The notes under the pieces were generated by a model. The model ran no database searches, had not been told where the DNA came from, and saw only the letters and a list, made by a program, of their open reading frames with translations. DNA of 64,000 nt from a virus (taxonomy: Duplodnaviria; Caudoviricetes), in IMG/VR virus record IMGVR_UViG_3300025126_000016, positions 1-64,000 of that record. One strand, given 5' to 3'. Within the stretch, counting starts at the first letter, position 1. Each line of letters starts with the position of its first letter. Positions 10,127-19,895 of this stretch are shown here, in pieces. Position numbers and translations under genes: made by a program.

Positions 10127-10568
10127 AGGCCTCCATCAATGTTCTCGTCGGTTTCTTTTCCGTCATATCAGGAACATCAGGATGTCTCAACATGTAAGCT
10201 GTGTATCTACGCCAAGCCGGGCGCATCATTTCCTTGCTTGAAATTACGTTAGCCTTGTGGTGCAGAATCTCGTTCCCACCCAAGAAGACAATCAGATGGT
10301 TTGGAGTTGAACCTCCCACGGTGCAGACCAAGAGGTCCGCAGGACGGGGTGGCCAGTTCTCGTCTACGTCCAGCTTTTTGAATCCAGCGATTGGCCAGTA
10401 TTCAGCAATTAAATCATCCTCGTCAGCGATCCAGTCATTCGGGCGAGCGAAGTCAGGCATCTCAATGCCGAAGTTGACCTCGTAGAAATCTCGGACAGTA
10501 GTAAAGCAATCCTGCTTACCAAGATTAAATAGCTTACCTTCAAATTGTTTAGTCTCAAAGTTTGACAT
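10107..10568 (-). CDS. NlpC/P60 tail protein (gpK part)
   Basis: GKQDCFTTVRDFY...PNHLIVFLGGNEILHH Cys-His-His pattern. Confidence 0.85.
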   Translation of the reverse strand: MSNFETKQFEGKLFNLGKQDCFTTVRDFYEVNFGIEMPDFARPNDWIADEDDLIAEYWPIAGFKKLDVDENWPPRPADLLVCTVGGSTPNHLIVFLGGNEILHHKANVISSKEMMRPAWRRYTAYMLRHPDVPDMTEKKPTRTLMEAYDAGLV

Positions 10569-11040
10569 GAGGATAGGCCGGTCTAGTGTACTTGACGTAC
10601 GGGATGGTAGTTGAAGAGTTAGGACTAAAGCGACCCAACACTAGGTTAATGCTGAATCGGTTGTAATCTTTTACCTGTTTAATACTGTACTTAGTGACAA
10701 TCTTATTGTTTACATTGTTGAGCATATCTTCTAGCTCAACAGTGTATTTGATCAGCGTTCCCCCATCGACCTGACCAGAAAAGAGGGCGGGCTTAAGAGC
10801 AGCTAGATCAACATCATCACCACCAATGGTGAGCGATGGGCGCTCTGGGCTACCGTCTGCTGTCCGCTTTTCCCCGCTTAATGCACAAGGTACGGATTCG
10901 TAGAGGTCCCCGAGATAACTCTGCTCTGGACCGGATTTGAAGAACACGGTTGCACCCGTCCGAGTGGTCAACTCAAACAGGACAATTTCTGCGTCGGGTG
11001 CTAGCTCTTGCGAGCTTTCGATATTAGTTTGATCTACCAT
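10555..11040 (-). CDS. minor tail protein (gpL-like, lacking the Cys cluster)
   Basis: Position; IVLFEL...YESVPCALSG...RPSLTI pattern. Confidence 0.7.
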   Translation of the reverse strand: MVDQTNIESSQELAPDAEIVLFELTTRTGATVFFKSGPEQSYLGDLYESVPCALSGEKRTADGSPERPSLTIGGDDVDLAALKPALFSGQVDGGTLIKYTVELEDMLNNVNNKIVTKYSIKQVKDYNRFSINLVLGRFSPNSSTTIPYVKYTRPAYPHVKL

Positions 11041-11447
11041 TAGTCATTATATGTAGGATTGTGGTGAACGGTCATGATTTCTAGTTCTTCAATCAGGCCA
11101 CCGGAATTGGGAATGGCTTTCGGAACACTCACAGGATTTTCAAAACGGAGTTCAATTGAACCCATCCATTCATGTTCGTACCCAAACTCTTTCCACTTCC
11201 GGTGGTCCCTGTAGAACTTCTCAAGTCTACCGGCGTTATAGCTTGGGTTGGTAAGATAGTCGATGGTCCCGTTGTCATTAAAATACCAGCGGAGTCCTCC
11301 TAGCAGGATTTTAAACTTACGACGATAGGGAACCACGGGGCGTGGCGTATAGTCCCAACCGTTGAAGTCCTTGATCGAAGGTTCCTCTGGAGCGATGGTC
11401 TCAGCGACTCTAGTGTCTGGGCAAAAGTCAAATAGGAACTCAGCCAT
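11040..11447 (-). CDS. distal tail protein (gpM-like)
   Basis: Immediately after the tape measure gene; size and LEKFYRDH..W..F pattern. Confidence 0.65.
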   Translation of the reverse strand: MAEFLFDFCPDTRVAETIAPEEPSIKDFNGWDYTPRPVVPYRRKFKILLGGLRWYFNDNGTIDYLTNPSYNAGRLEKFYRDHRKWKEFGYEHEWMGSIELRFENPVSVPKAIPNSGGLIEELEIMTVHHNPTYND

Positions 11448-14400
11448 TACGAGCCACCTGTTGAATTAGTTTCTTAGTCACACCGCCCTTTAGCACATCA
11501 TTACTGAATGTTGCAAGGACATCATTCGGTCCCATCGTAGGCTTCTCTTCAGGAGCCACGACGTACACGTTGACGGGAGGAGCAGCACTGGCCTGCATGA
11601 TGTTCATCTGAGGACCGGCATCCTTGAGAGCGTGAGCGCCTCTGGCATTGATAGCGTCAAGGAAGCCCTTACCGATACTCTGAGCAGCGGGGCGACGGAT
11701 TACATACTCACCTTGAGCCGCGTTAATAAGTGTGCTGTCCCGAGTAGGCAGACCACTGCTGATGGAACCACCACCATAGTAGCCCTTTGGTTGCTTCGGA
11801 GCAGGGACTTCCCCGCCTCTCCAGAGACCCCACGAGGCCAAGCTATCAGTAGCACTACCGAACTTTGAGGACAGTCCACTCATGTTAGGCCCACCAATGG
11901 CACCAGCCAGAATAGAGAAGAACTGGTTGGCCAGCGCGACAGCTACCATTTCGAGCATCGCATCGATGATGGTTGCAGCCATGTTCTTGAAGGCACCGCC
12001 GAGGGTTACGGTCCCGCTGACAACATCGGAGAAGAAGCCCTTGAAAGAAGAATGAAGGGCACGAAGCGGCTGGTCAAGGTTCTTGATAAGCTCCTGACCT
12101 AGGCCATCTGCGGCACCAATCTCGAGCTTCATAGCTTCCAGAGCCATCCTCATTCCACCGCCGAAAGTCATCGGGACTTCTCGAAGCACTCCATAGCTTG
12201 CCATGAGTGCTGCGTTAGCATCGATCAGGTCTTCGGTTCTGGTGTCAATGTTGCCGAGTTCTTCTTCGATTCCTCTGAGCGTGATTCGGCTTTCTTCCAG
12301 TTGGCCTCTGACCACAATGGCTTCGCCCTCTTTCACACCTTCCTGTGCAACGAACTCTTCCATTCGGCTGAGGTCTTGTTCGATACGGCGCTTCTGCTCT
12401 GCAACCTCGGCAGCAAGCTCGGTAAGCTGACGGATACGTTCTTCATTAGCAGCCACACTGGCAAACTGATTGTTTCTTTCAGCAATGTCAGAACGGTTCT
12501 GCACCACCGTCTTCATGTATTCAGGGGTGTTCTCATTCCCGAGAGGATTGTTCAGTCCTTGAACACGAGCCTGTGCGATAGCAAGAGCTTGCTCTGTTGG
12601 TCGCATAGCCTGCTTGAAATCATCGTCGATAGCTTCAACGCTTGTATCGATGAAGTTCTTAAGCACAGCCGCGAGGGTATCAGCCATTCTCTTGACTTCT
12701 TCGACCCGCATCTGTTCGATCTTACGACCGGCGGTAGCCATCATTTTGGCTCGCTGTTCCCGAGAAGGGTTAAGAGCTTCAATCTGTTGCATGGATAGCT
12801 CGGCTTCGCCCGTCAGCCAGCTGTCAAGTTGATCGTCCAGATCATCCAGTACGTCAGGAAGGTCATCTAGCTTAGGTGCATTCTTGAAAGTATCAAGAGT
12901 ATTATTGTATAGCTCCTGACGGTACTCAAGTTCTTCCTTCGCAATGCGAGCATCGATACGTTCTAGTTCTTCCTCTCTGCGACGAGCTTCTCGTTCGGCT
13001 TTGCTGGCTGCTCTTTCAGCATCTTTAGCAGCTTCCTTGTCAACCGGAGGAGCCATGCGGTTGCGAGCAGCACGGGTGCTGGCACGAGCCTGCTCAAGGA
13101 GCGTAGCGGCATAAGGATTGTCGGCAACCTCTGATTCAATCTCGTCGTAGCGACGTTCTCTTTGGGTAAACTGCGCCTCTAGCTGCGCTCGGTTCATTCC
13201 ACCAGAGTTTCCCTGCGAGGCGGCACGAGTTGAACGACCCGTATCTTCCTGCATAGAACGGATCAGTTCTTGACCCTGGTCCGTCAGGGCGAACTCGGCA
13301 GTTCCCAAGCGTTCTGTATAAAGATCAGTATCCTGTCTAGCTCTAGTATAGCTATCAAGCGCAGTAGTCAGGCTGGCATAAGTCGTAGGATAACGCTGCT
13401 GCAGGGCAGGGTTTTTAAGTAGTAGCGAGTGAGCCTGCTGAAGACTTGACGTAGTATTACTACGCATTAGGGTCTGCAGTCTTTCAGTGTCCCTCACTAG
13501 TTGTGGATTTTCTCTACGAGTTCTCGGAGTAAAGCTTACTCTGCTATCCCTACTAAATTTTCCGCTTACTCCACCAAGTTCTTGCAGAGCATTCTTGCGT
13601 TCCATATCGGCCTGAGCCAGTGCGGTCTGGGCAAGATTACGTAGCGTTTCCTGAGCCTTGCGATCAAGGTTCACCAGTGACTGAATGAGTCCTGCGATTC
13701 CGCCTTGAGTCTTACTGAACTCATCACGAAGACCGGGGAAGCGAGAAGAAAGCTGGCTAACCGCAGAAGAAACACCGGTGGTTGTTTCGTTGAGATTACC
13801 GTTTGCTCCTGCGAGTTCTTCCTCACGCATGATCAGCTTCTGAGTTTCATCACGAAGACTCAGCTGATCCATTTCGAGCGAGGCCATCTGGGCAGAGGTG
13901 TCCTTGAGAGCGGTGGTAACATCCCCCAAGCTGTCACCCATCTGTGCCGCCCGGACTGCTGCTTCTTCTGCGGAGTAGCCTGCCGCTTCGAAAGAAGCTG
14001 CTGCCTCTTTCAGACTCACGCTTGAGTAATTGGCTTCTTGAGTAAGCAGCCCGAAAGCCTTTAGAGGTCTAGTTATTAGCTCGGCAATTGCGCCGATTGA
14101 AACAACGATACCTTCAAGCAGTACTAGCAACAGCTTTAGCACGGGAATAAGATTCTCACCGATCCCTGCTCCGAACTCAGCCATAGTGTTCCATAGGCGC
14201 TGCCAACGGGCTTCGAGTGAATCGACACGAACGGCAGCAGCTTCTTGTGCTGCCCCTTCCTTTTCAGAAAGGACTAGGAGACGTTCGGTGTTTTCAATGT
14301 TGCGGCTAGCGGCAACATATGCAGCGGCAGCACGAGTTTCCATAGCACCATAGGCTTCGAAACCTGCTGAGCGAAGGCGGCGAAGAACTTCATTCAGCCC

Positions 14401-16191
14401 CAAAACCTTAACGTCGATATCCGAGGTGCTTAAACCAATTCTTTGAAGCTGATCGATTAGCTTCTGCGAAGGGTTCATAAGATCGACCAGCATCTGACGA
14501 AGACCTGTGGCAGCGGTCGAGCCTCTAACACCGGCGTCGGCCAGCGAGGCGGTCGTGGCAACGAGTTCTTCAATCGTTACGTTGTTGGCAGCAGCGGTGT
14601 TACCAAGGTACTGCAAAGATTGCTGAACTTGGCTAACGCCCAGCTTCGATTCGTTCAGTGTCGTAACCAAGATATCGGTCACACGGCTGGCTTCACTCGC
14701 AGACATCTGGAAGGCACCCAGGGCCGAGGTAAGAATGTCAACGGACTCGGCGGGAGTCGAGCCGGAAGCGGCAGAAAGATTAACGACGCTCTGTAGCATC
14801 ATCTTAAGTTCTTCACCGGCGAAACCTGCCTGAGCGATAATAGTGGCTGACTTGGTAAGCTCCATCACACTATCAGCACTGTTCTTCGAGACCTCGAAGA
14901 TGCCTGCGCTCAGTCGTTCCATTTCGGTAGTCGTGGAAGCAGACACGGCTTGCAACTGAGCAAGAGCATCTTCAAACTGAATAGCAAAGCTGATACCCTG
15001 TTGGATGCTGGAAATCAGGCCATAGATGGCCCCTGCAGCGACAGCGTAACTGGCGACACGACCGACGAGGGCACCTGCTCCGTAGGCTCCCCCACCTTTT
15101 TCAGTAAGGAAGTTACCTGGAGCAGCCTTTATTCCTGAGAAGAAACCACCCTTATATTCAGGGGTCTTGGGTGCAGCACTCTGCTCCCGATTACGCATCG
15201 CAATCGTCTCACCAATCTCTCTCTGGAGAAGCTTGTAGCGAGCGATAAGCTGATCAATACGAGCAGCGTTCTGCTGTTCAACCGGCTTGGCTAGCTCGGC
15301 GTTAAGCTGTCTCTTGGCTGTGATCAGGAAGTTGGTTTGGTTGGCGAGGCGCTGCTGTGAGTCGGCGATGCGGCGATAAGCCGAAGCTTCCCCGATAAGC
15401 TCGCGGTTCTTGAGACTACGTTCACCCTTGCGAGTAGCATCCGCAAGCAGAGCTTCTCTCTGCAACCGGGAATTAGTCAGAATCTGACGACCCTCTTCGC
15501 GCAGGGCTTCAATATTCAGACGAGTCTTTGCTTCGATCTTTTCTCTGGCACGAAGCTGATCCCCCATTGCGCCGAGTGCTTGTCTGGTGCTAGCGATCTG
15601 AGTAGAGTAGTCAGTCTTGAAACCGCCAGTTGCAAATGCTTTGGCGTTGGCCTTATCCAGCCGCTCAAACTGGTCAAGCATAGGAGCGAAGGCCTTTTGA
15701 CCATCGCGGCTAAGCATCTGGATACGAGTGCGATAGTCGTCCGCAGTTCTGCTTAACTTAGCGTAAGCTTGAGCATTGTTTTGTAGATTGGCGTAGGCTC
15801 TCTGGTGAAAATCAGTAACCTCAACGCCGCGACGAGCCATCTTACCAAAGCTGGTATCTAAGTCTCGGATACGACCGCGAAGAACATCCACGGAGCGACC
15901 GTACTGATTGGTGGCGTTTCCTAATTCTGCGTAGGCACGGGCACGTTTACCGAGGGCCTGCAGAGATTCGGCCCCACCCATTCTTCTATTGGCATTGAAA
16001 TTGGCTACAGCATCCAAGTTCTTGGAGGTCATCGCCAATGTTTTAATCTGTTGGGCAGCGACAGCACCAGCCTTATTCATCTTAGCAATAGTGTTATCCA
16101 AGCGCTTGTTCAGAACAGACAGCGCGTTTTCCATCCCCTTCGGGGTTAAATTAATGCCTACTTGAGCATTGATTTCATTATTAGCTGCCAT
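11440..16191 (-). CDS. tape measure protein
   Basis: 1583 aa, helical Ala/Gln-rich; TP901-type core (FEDALAQLQAVS...LADAGVRGSTAATGLRQML); downstream of major tail gene. Confidence 0.95.
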   Translation of the reverse strand: MAANNEINAQVGINLTPKGMENALSVLNKRLDNTIAKMNKAGAVAAQQIKTLAMTSKNLDAVANFNANRRMGGAESLQALGKRARAYAELGNATNQYGRSVDVLRGRIRDLDTSFGKMARRGVEVTDFHQRAYANLQNNAQAYAKLSRTADDYRTRIQMLSRDGQKAFAPMLDQFERLDKANAKAFATGGFKTDYSTQIASTRQALGAMGDQLRAREKIEAKTRLNIEALREEGRQILTNSRLQREALLADATRKGERSLKNRELIGEASAYRRIADSQQRLANQTNFLITAKRQLNAELAKPVEQQNAARIDQLIARYKLLQREIGETIAMRNREQSAAPKTPEYKGGFFSGIKAAPGNFLTEKGGGAYGAGALVGRVASYAVAAGAIYGLISSIQQGISFAIQFEDALAQLQAVSASTTTEMERLSAGIFEVSKNSADSVMELTKSATIIAQAGFAGEELKMMLQSVVNLSAASGSTPAESVDILTSALGAFQMSASEASRVTDILVTTLNESKLGVSQVQQSLQYLGNTAAANNVTIEELVATTASLADAGVRGSTAATGLRQMLVDLMNPSQKLIDQLQRIGLSTSDIDVKVLGLNEVLRRLRSAGFEAYGAMETRAAAAYVAASRNIENTERLLVLSEKEGAAQEAAAVRVDSLEARWQRLWNTMAEFGAGIGENLIPVLKLLLVLLEGIVVSIGAIAELITRPLKAFGLLTQEANYSSVSLKEAAASFEAAGYSAEEAAVRAAQMGDSLGDVTTALKDTSAQMASLEMDQLSLRDETQKLIMREEELAGANGNLNETTTGVSSAVSQLSSRFPGLRDEFSKTQGGIAGLIQSLVNLDRKAQETLRNLAQTALAQADMERKNALQELGGVSGKFSRDSRVSFTPRTRRENPQLVRDTERLQTLMRSNTTSSLQQAHSLLLKNPALQQRYPTTYASLTTALDSYTRARQDTDLYTERLGTAEFALTDQGQELIRSMQEDTGRSTRAASQGNSGGMNRAQLEAQFTQRERRYDEIESEVADNPYAATLLEQARASTRAARNRMAPPVDKEAAKDAERAASKAEREARRREEELERIDARIAKEELEYRQELYNNTLDTFKNAPKLDDLPDVLDDLDDQLDSWLTGEAELSMQQIEALNPSREQRAKMMATAGRKIEQMRVEEVKRMADTLAAVLKNFIDTSVEAIDDDFKQAMRPTEQALAIAQARVQGLNNPLGNENTPEYMKTVVQNRSDIAERNNQFASVAANEERIRQLTELAAEVAEQKRRIEQDLSRMEEFVAQEGVKEGEAIVVRGQLEESRITLRGIEEELGNIDTRTEDLIDANAALMASYGVLREVPMTFGGGMRMALEAMKLEIGAADGLGQELIKNLDQPLRALHSSFKGFFSDVVSGTVTLGGAFKNMAATIIDAMLEMVAVALANQFFSILAGAIGGPNMSGLSSKFGSATDSLASWGLWRGGEVPAPKQPKGYYGGGSISSGLPTRDSTLINAAQGEYVIRRPAAQSIGKGFLDAINARGAHALKDAGPQMNIMQASAAPPVNVYVVAPEEKPTMGPNDVLATFSNDVLKGGVTKKLIQQVARNG

Positions 16192-16210
16192 TGTTACTCA
16201 CTACCAAAAG

Positions 16211-16240
16211 AAAAGGCCCCCGTAGCTATACAGGGGCCTT
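16211..16240 (-). terminator. intrinsic terminator after major tail gene
   Basis: Minus strand AAGGCCCC-tgtatagctac-GGGGGCCTTTT hairpin plus U tract. Confidence 0.7.
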
Positions 16241-16265
16241 CTTACTTTTTCAAGGGTGGAAGGGA

Positions 16266-17111
16266 TTAACCGCCAGCGTAAGCCTTGGCCAACATACGGG
16301 CGAATCCGGCGTAGCGAGGGCTGGTCAGAACCTTAGCCGCTTCTTCAGCCTTCGTCATAACGATAGGCGAAAGCTCGAACGGCAGGTTGCTGTAATCCGT
16401 TTCGCTGAACGCGAGGTTGAAACCACGAGTAATTTTCAGCTTCGGAATGACAACCACGATAGGCTCATTGTTAGCCGACAGGGTTCCGGCGATCTTCGCG
16501 CAGAAGTAATCGTCCTGCTCAAACGAACCGGCTGCGATTTCATTCACAATCCAGACAGTCCAACCAGCGCCTACGGCAACAGGAAGTTTTTCCGTAGTCA
16601 ACGTGTAGGGACCAGTGCCCAAGTTGTCAGTAGTAGCAGCAGTCGTGGCAACGACATAGACTTCATCAGGTTGGTCAGGATTCTGGATCAGAACCGTAGC
16701 GCCTGAGGGGATGTCACCAACATCATCGATACCAGTAGTGGTGTCACCGGCGATGGGGTCGGAAGCAATTGTCAACGTAGTCGCGGCAGCAGCAGCAGCA
16801 GCATCTACCATACCACGGAGACGAACTACAGTCGATCCAGCCACACCGAGGGCGTACGACAGGTTCTTCGCGTCGAATTCATATCCTTCAAAGGTCGTCG
16901 TCATGTTGACGTTCGACTTCTGGGTATCAACAGTAAGCTGCTGGATACCATTCTTGAGCATGATCTGGTCAGCCTGCTGCTCCATAGTAACCGACTTTAC
17001 CATCCCTACTGAGTGGTCGTCAGGGTTCAGAGCAAATGCATCCTCCGAATACGGAGCAATCATCACTGTGGCGTTACCGATCACAAATTTCGGGTTCTTA
17101 ACGTCAGCCAT
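16266..17111 (-). CDS. major tail tube protein
   Basis: 281 aa; FVIGNATVMI...VGMVKSV, tube-like C-terminus with an inserted Ig-like segment; followed by a terminator. Confidence 0.8.
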   Translation of the reverse strand: MADVKNPKFVIGNATVMIAPYSEDAFALNPDDHSVGMVKSVTMEQQADQIMLKNGIQQLTVDTQKSNVNMTTTFEGYEFDAKNLSYALGVAGSTVVRLRGMVDAAAAAAATTLTIASDPIAGDTTTGIDDVGDIPSGATVLIQNPDQPDEVYVVATTAATTDNLGTGPYTLTTEKLPVAVGAGWTVWIVNEIAAGSFEQDDYFCAKIAGTLSANNEPIVVVIPKLKITRGFNLAFSETDYSNLPFELSPIVMTKAEEAAKVLTSPRYAGFARMLAKAYAGG

Positions 17112-17184
17112 TGAAACTTCCTATATAGTTAAACTCTGCAATTTATGCTTGACTTGTATAGGATAAAATGCGAAGAGACGCAAC

Positions 17185-17427
17185 ATGAACCACGACAAAC
17201 CAAAGCAGCGGGTAAAGACACTTAGTATCCGCATCCCCGAAGCTCTATACCTCACTGTTTCCCAATACGCAATCGATAATGATATGCCTTCCATGAATGC
17301 TGCTATCATTTCTCTGATTACCAATGGGCTTCATGCAGTTAGTAGCAAGGATGATACCATTACTCAATTCATCCTTGAGTTAATCCCACGAGAAAAATTG
17401 GAAGAACTTATCAATGGCAAAGACTAA
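17185..17427 (+). CDS. ribbon-helix-helix (Arc/CopG-like) DNA-binding protein
   Basis: KTLSIRIPEALYLTVSQYAIDNDMPSMNAAIISLI matches the RHH beta-alpha-alpha pattern. Confidence 0.7.
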   Translation: MNHDKPKQRVKTLSIRIPEALYLTVSQYAIDNDMPSMNAAIISLITNGLHAVSSKDDTITQFILELIPREKLEELINGKD

Positions 17428-17860
17428 GCCTAATCGTCCCGAGAAACAGCTTGAACTGCCCGAGACCGGTCGTACCCTGACCATGACCTACCTGATGATG
17501 AACGACATTATGAGGTACGTCGGTGGTCCCGACGAGGCGATGGAACAGATCATGATGAATCAGTCCACTCGTGATGTCATCATTCGTCGTCTCTTCACCG
17601 ATAACAACAAGCCCATTGAAAAGCTAGAGGACCTTGATCCTATCGAAGACATCAACATTGATATCTTCGAAATGGATGATGTTCTCTCTTGGACGTTGGA
17701 ACATGTCGCGTATTTTTTTATGAAAACCGCCGAGAAGATTCAGGCGGTAGTGGCAAAGTATCCCGAAATCAGCGGGGAGAAGACGACGTCCTCAAGCCCT
17801 TCCGAGAGTGGTTCGACACCCTCTCAGACCAAGACCAAGTCTGCTGGGCCTACGGAGTAA
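17414..17860 (+). CDS. tail assembly chaperone (gpG-like)
   Basis: 148 aa acidic helical protein with a slippery T-TTT-TTT at 17713-17719 and a Ser/Thr-rich tail. Confidence 0.65.
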   Translation: MAKTKPNRPEKQLELPETGRTLTMTYLMMNDIMRYVGGPDEAMEQIMMNQSTRDVIIRRLFTDNNKPIEKLEDLDPIEDINIDIFEMDDVLSWTLEHVAYFFMKTAEKIQAVVAKYPEISGEKTTSSSPSESGSTPSQTKTKSAGPTE

Positions 17861-18093
17861 AACCCAGCGAATACATTGACCTCGCCGCGACTGAAATCTG
17901 GTACGATGTTACGTACAAATTAAGGGTTCGTCTCGGTGAGGCTACTGTCGGTCATTTACAGCAACACTACACTATGGTAAAGATTCTGTCACAGGCCTTT
18001 GGCGGTGATGGTAAATCCGACACGATCAACGTGAACGAGATGAAATCTTCTGCTGAGGCGGTTACAAGTTTGAACCAATTCTTCGGTGGATGA
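17713..18093 (+). CDS. -1 frameshift extension of the tail chaperone (gpGT-like)
   Basis: -1 frame is open across the slippery site to 18093 (…FFYENRRE…WFDTL…LNQFFGG). Confidence 0.6.
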   Translation, partial: FFYENRREDSGGSGKVSRNQRGEDDVLKPFREWFDTLSDQDQVCWAYGVKPSEYIDLAATEIWYDVTYKLRVRLGEATVGHLQQHYTMVKILSQAFGGDGKSDTINVNEMKSSAEAVTSLNQFFGG

Positions 18094-18635
18094 TGAGAAG
18101 CACAAGATCAAAATTTGACATCCAGTTTGATGTTATCGACAAGGGCAGCGGAAGTTTTTTCGGTGCCCTTGAAGATATTAACTTGTCCTCTGGTTCTACA
18201 CTGGAATGGGCTGCTCCCCGTCGTATTTTGAAGGTGCCTGTTGATCTGCCTCTTAAAGGCGGAATGGTGGTCCAAAGTCCTCAAGGCATGAAGTACATGG
18301 TGGCTTGGTATTCTCCAAGTGAGACCTCTCAAGGTGATCCATTCCGAGCCTTCAAACTATACCAAGCTACGGTAGTGGCCTCTCTCAAGAGAAGAAGTCA
18401 AGGCACTATTGATCCTCGCACCAATCTTCCCAAAGAGGGTGGTATGGGTGACCCTATTGATATTTACGCCAGCTACGAGCCATTGCAAGAAGCCTTTGAC
18501 CGTGAGCTTCGTATTCCCAACGAGAAAGGTCGTCTGATTACGAACGAGCCTATCTTCCGTGGAGATATTATCAACGGCGAAACGGTAATTGAAGTCCATG
18601 AATTTCAGGGACTTTGGGGTGCTGTTCTAGGTTAA
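18090..18635 (+). CDS. virion neck protein, probably head closure
   Basis: 181 aa beta-rich ORF coupled to the previous stop; function inferred from context only. Confidence 0.5.
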   Translation: MMRSTRSKFDIQFDVIDKGSGSFFGALEDINLSSGSTLEWAAPRRILKVPVDLPLKGGMVVQSPQGMKYMVAWYSPSETSQGDPFRAFKLYQATVVASLKRRSQGTIDPRTNLPKEGGMGDPIDIYASYEPLQEAFDRELRIPNEKGRLITNEPIFRGDIINGETVIEVHEFQGLWGAVLG

Positions 18636-19427
18636 ACTTTTTTCCAACTTGCGGTACACCGCGTTAGGAATCTTTCTTCCCATGTAATAGCTGAGGAACG
18701 GCTCGATTACCGGACGGTACTTCTTCCGGCCCGTCAGCTTACGCTCAATCGAGTCGGCCAACGGGGCCAGAAGGTTGCGATTGTATTCAGCCTTTTGACC
18801 GATCCCTGGTAGGTCACCCATCCGCAGTCTACGAAGGGGCTTTACGTTCAGGGTTCCCAGCATGATCTTATTGGACTGCCCACCAGCGGAGCGTCCCAAA
18901 GATGATGCCATACCCCCTCGGGTAATGCCATTTGGTTTGAAGGTGATGCTGATGGGACCATAGGCGCTACGGTACGTACTGACCTTACCTAGCTGATCCT
19001 GCAGCCGACCAGTGTTCTTGAACCATTTACGAGTGCCATACTTCTTGTACTTCCACCGCATATAGGACTGAGTCCTTGCGGCCCATTCCCCCGTCATTGA
19101 TGAGATACTCATCGGCCCTGATTGACCCTGCATGATGCTGGCGACGGCCCCATCGATACTGAGGACACCATCGGGTGGGTTTCGGTAGTTGGCGATCCCT
19201 ACTCCCATTCGGGCAACGTCACGAGCCATTTTCTGTAGCTCTCGTTCTACAATGGGCGCGAAATCTCTTTGTAGGTTAGCCTGTAGCTTACGCTGACGAT
19301 TCTTTGCGGCACGAAATCCCACACCTGAGATTGCCATACCAATGGCTTGACGGCTTTCTCTTTTGGCATCACTCTTTCCCTTGAAGGTGAAGTTGATGTT
19401 GAGACGGATGTTCTCGTTACTTGGCAA
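18627..19427 (-). CDS. neck / tail completion protein
   Basis: Basic protein with KWFKNTGRLQDQL motif; position in the head-tail block. Confidence 0.55.
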   Translation of the reverse strand: MPSNENIRLNINFTFKGKSDAKRESRQAIGMAISGVGFRAAKNRQRKLQANLQRDFAPIVERELQKMARDVARMGVGIANYRNPPDGVLSIDGAVASIMQGQSGPMSISSMTGEWAARTQSYMRWKYKKYGTRKWFKNTGRLQDQLGKVSTYRSAYGPISITFKPNGITRGGMASSLGRSAGGQSNKIMLGTLNVKPLRRLRMGDLPGIGQKAEYNRNLLAPLADSIERKLTGRKKYRPVIEPFLSYYMGRKIPNAVYRKLEKSLT

Positions 19428-19893
19428 GGTCCGCTCGTTTCACACTGATGCCTACAGTACGTACAGTTCTGGCTTCGGACTGACCGGCGGGCATGATGGT
19501 GAACGAAGTCACTTGTAGCTGAGCAAAAGGATTATTATCGTCGTCGTAGACGGTCCATACCTTGTAGCGAGGAGTGGCACCGCTATCCACAACGCATCTC
19601 TTTCTAATAAGATCGAGGATTTCTGCTTCTCGGAACAGGTTGGTATCGTGAACAACAGACAGCACTACCGCGAACTCAATCTCTGGGCGGTGATCCTCAG
19701 TTTCATCATAAGCCCAATCAGCTACACCGATTAGATCGTGGTTAGGAAGTTCGTTCACTTCTTGACGAGCATCCCAAGCAATGTATTCCAAGTCGGGGCT
19801 AATACCCGCAGCCTTGGCATCGGAGATTACACCAGTAATCTGACCAACTAGGTTAGCGTAAACTGTGGGTAGGTCGAAACGGCTATCTGCCAT
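19417..19893 (-). CDS. tail terminator-like protein
   Basis: 158 aa acidic alpha/beta protein in the head-tail block. Confidence 0.5.
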   Translation of the reverse strand: MADSRFDLPTVYANLVGQITGVISDAKAAGISPDLEYIAWDARQEVNELPNHDLIGVADWAYDETEDHRPEIEFAVVLSVVHDTNLFREAEILDLIRKRCVVDSGATPRYKVWTVYDDDNNPFAQLQVTSFTIMPAGQSEARTVRTVGISVKRADLAK

Positions 19894-19895
19894 TA

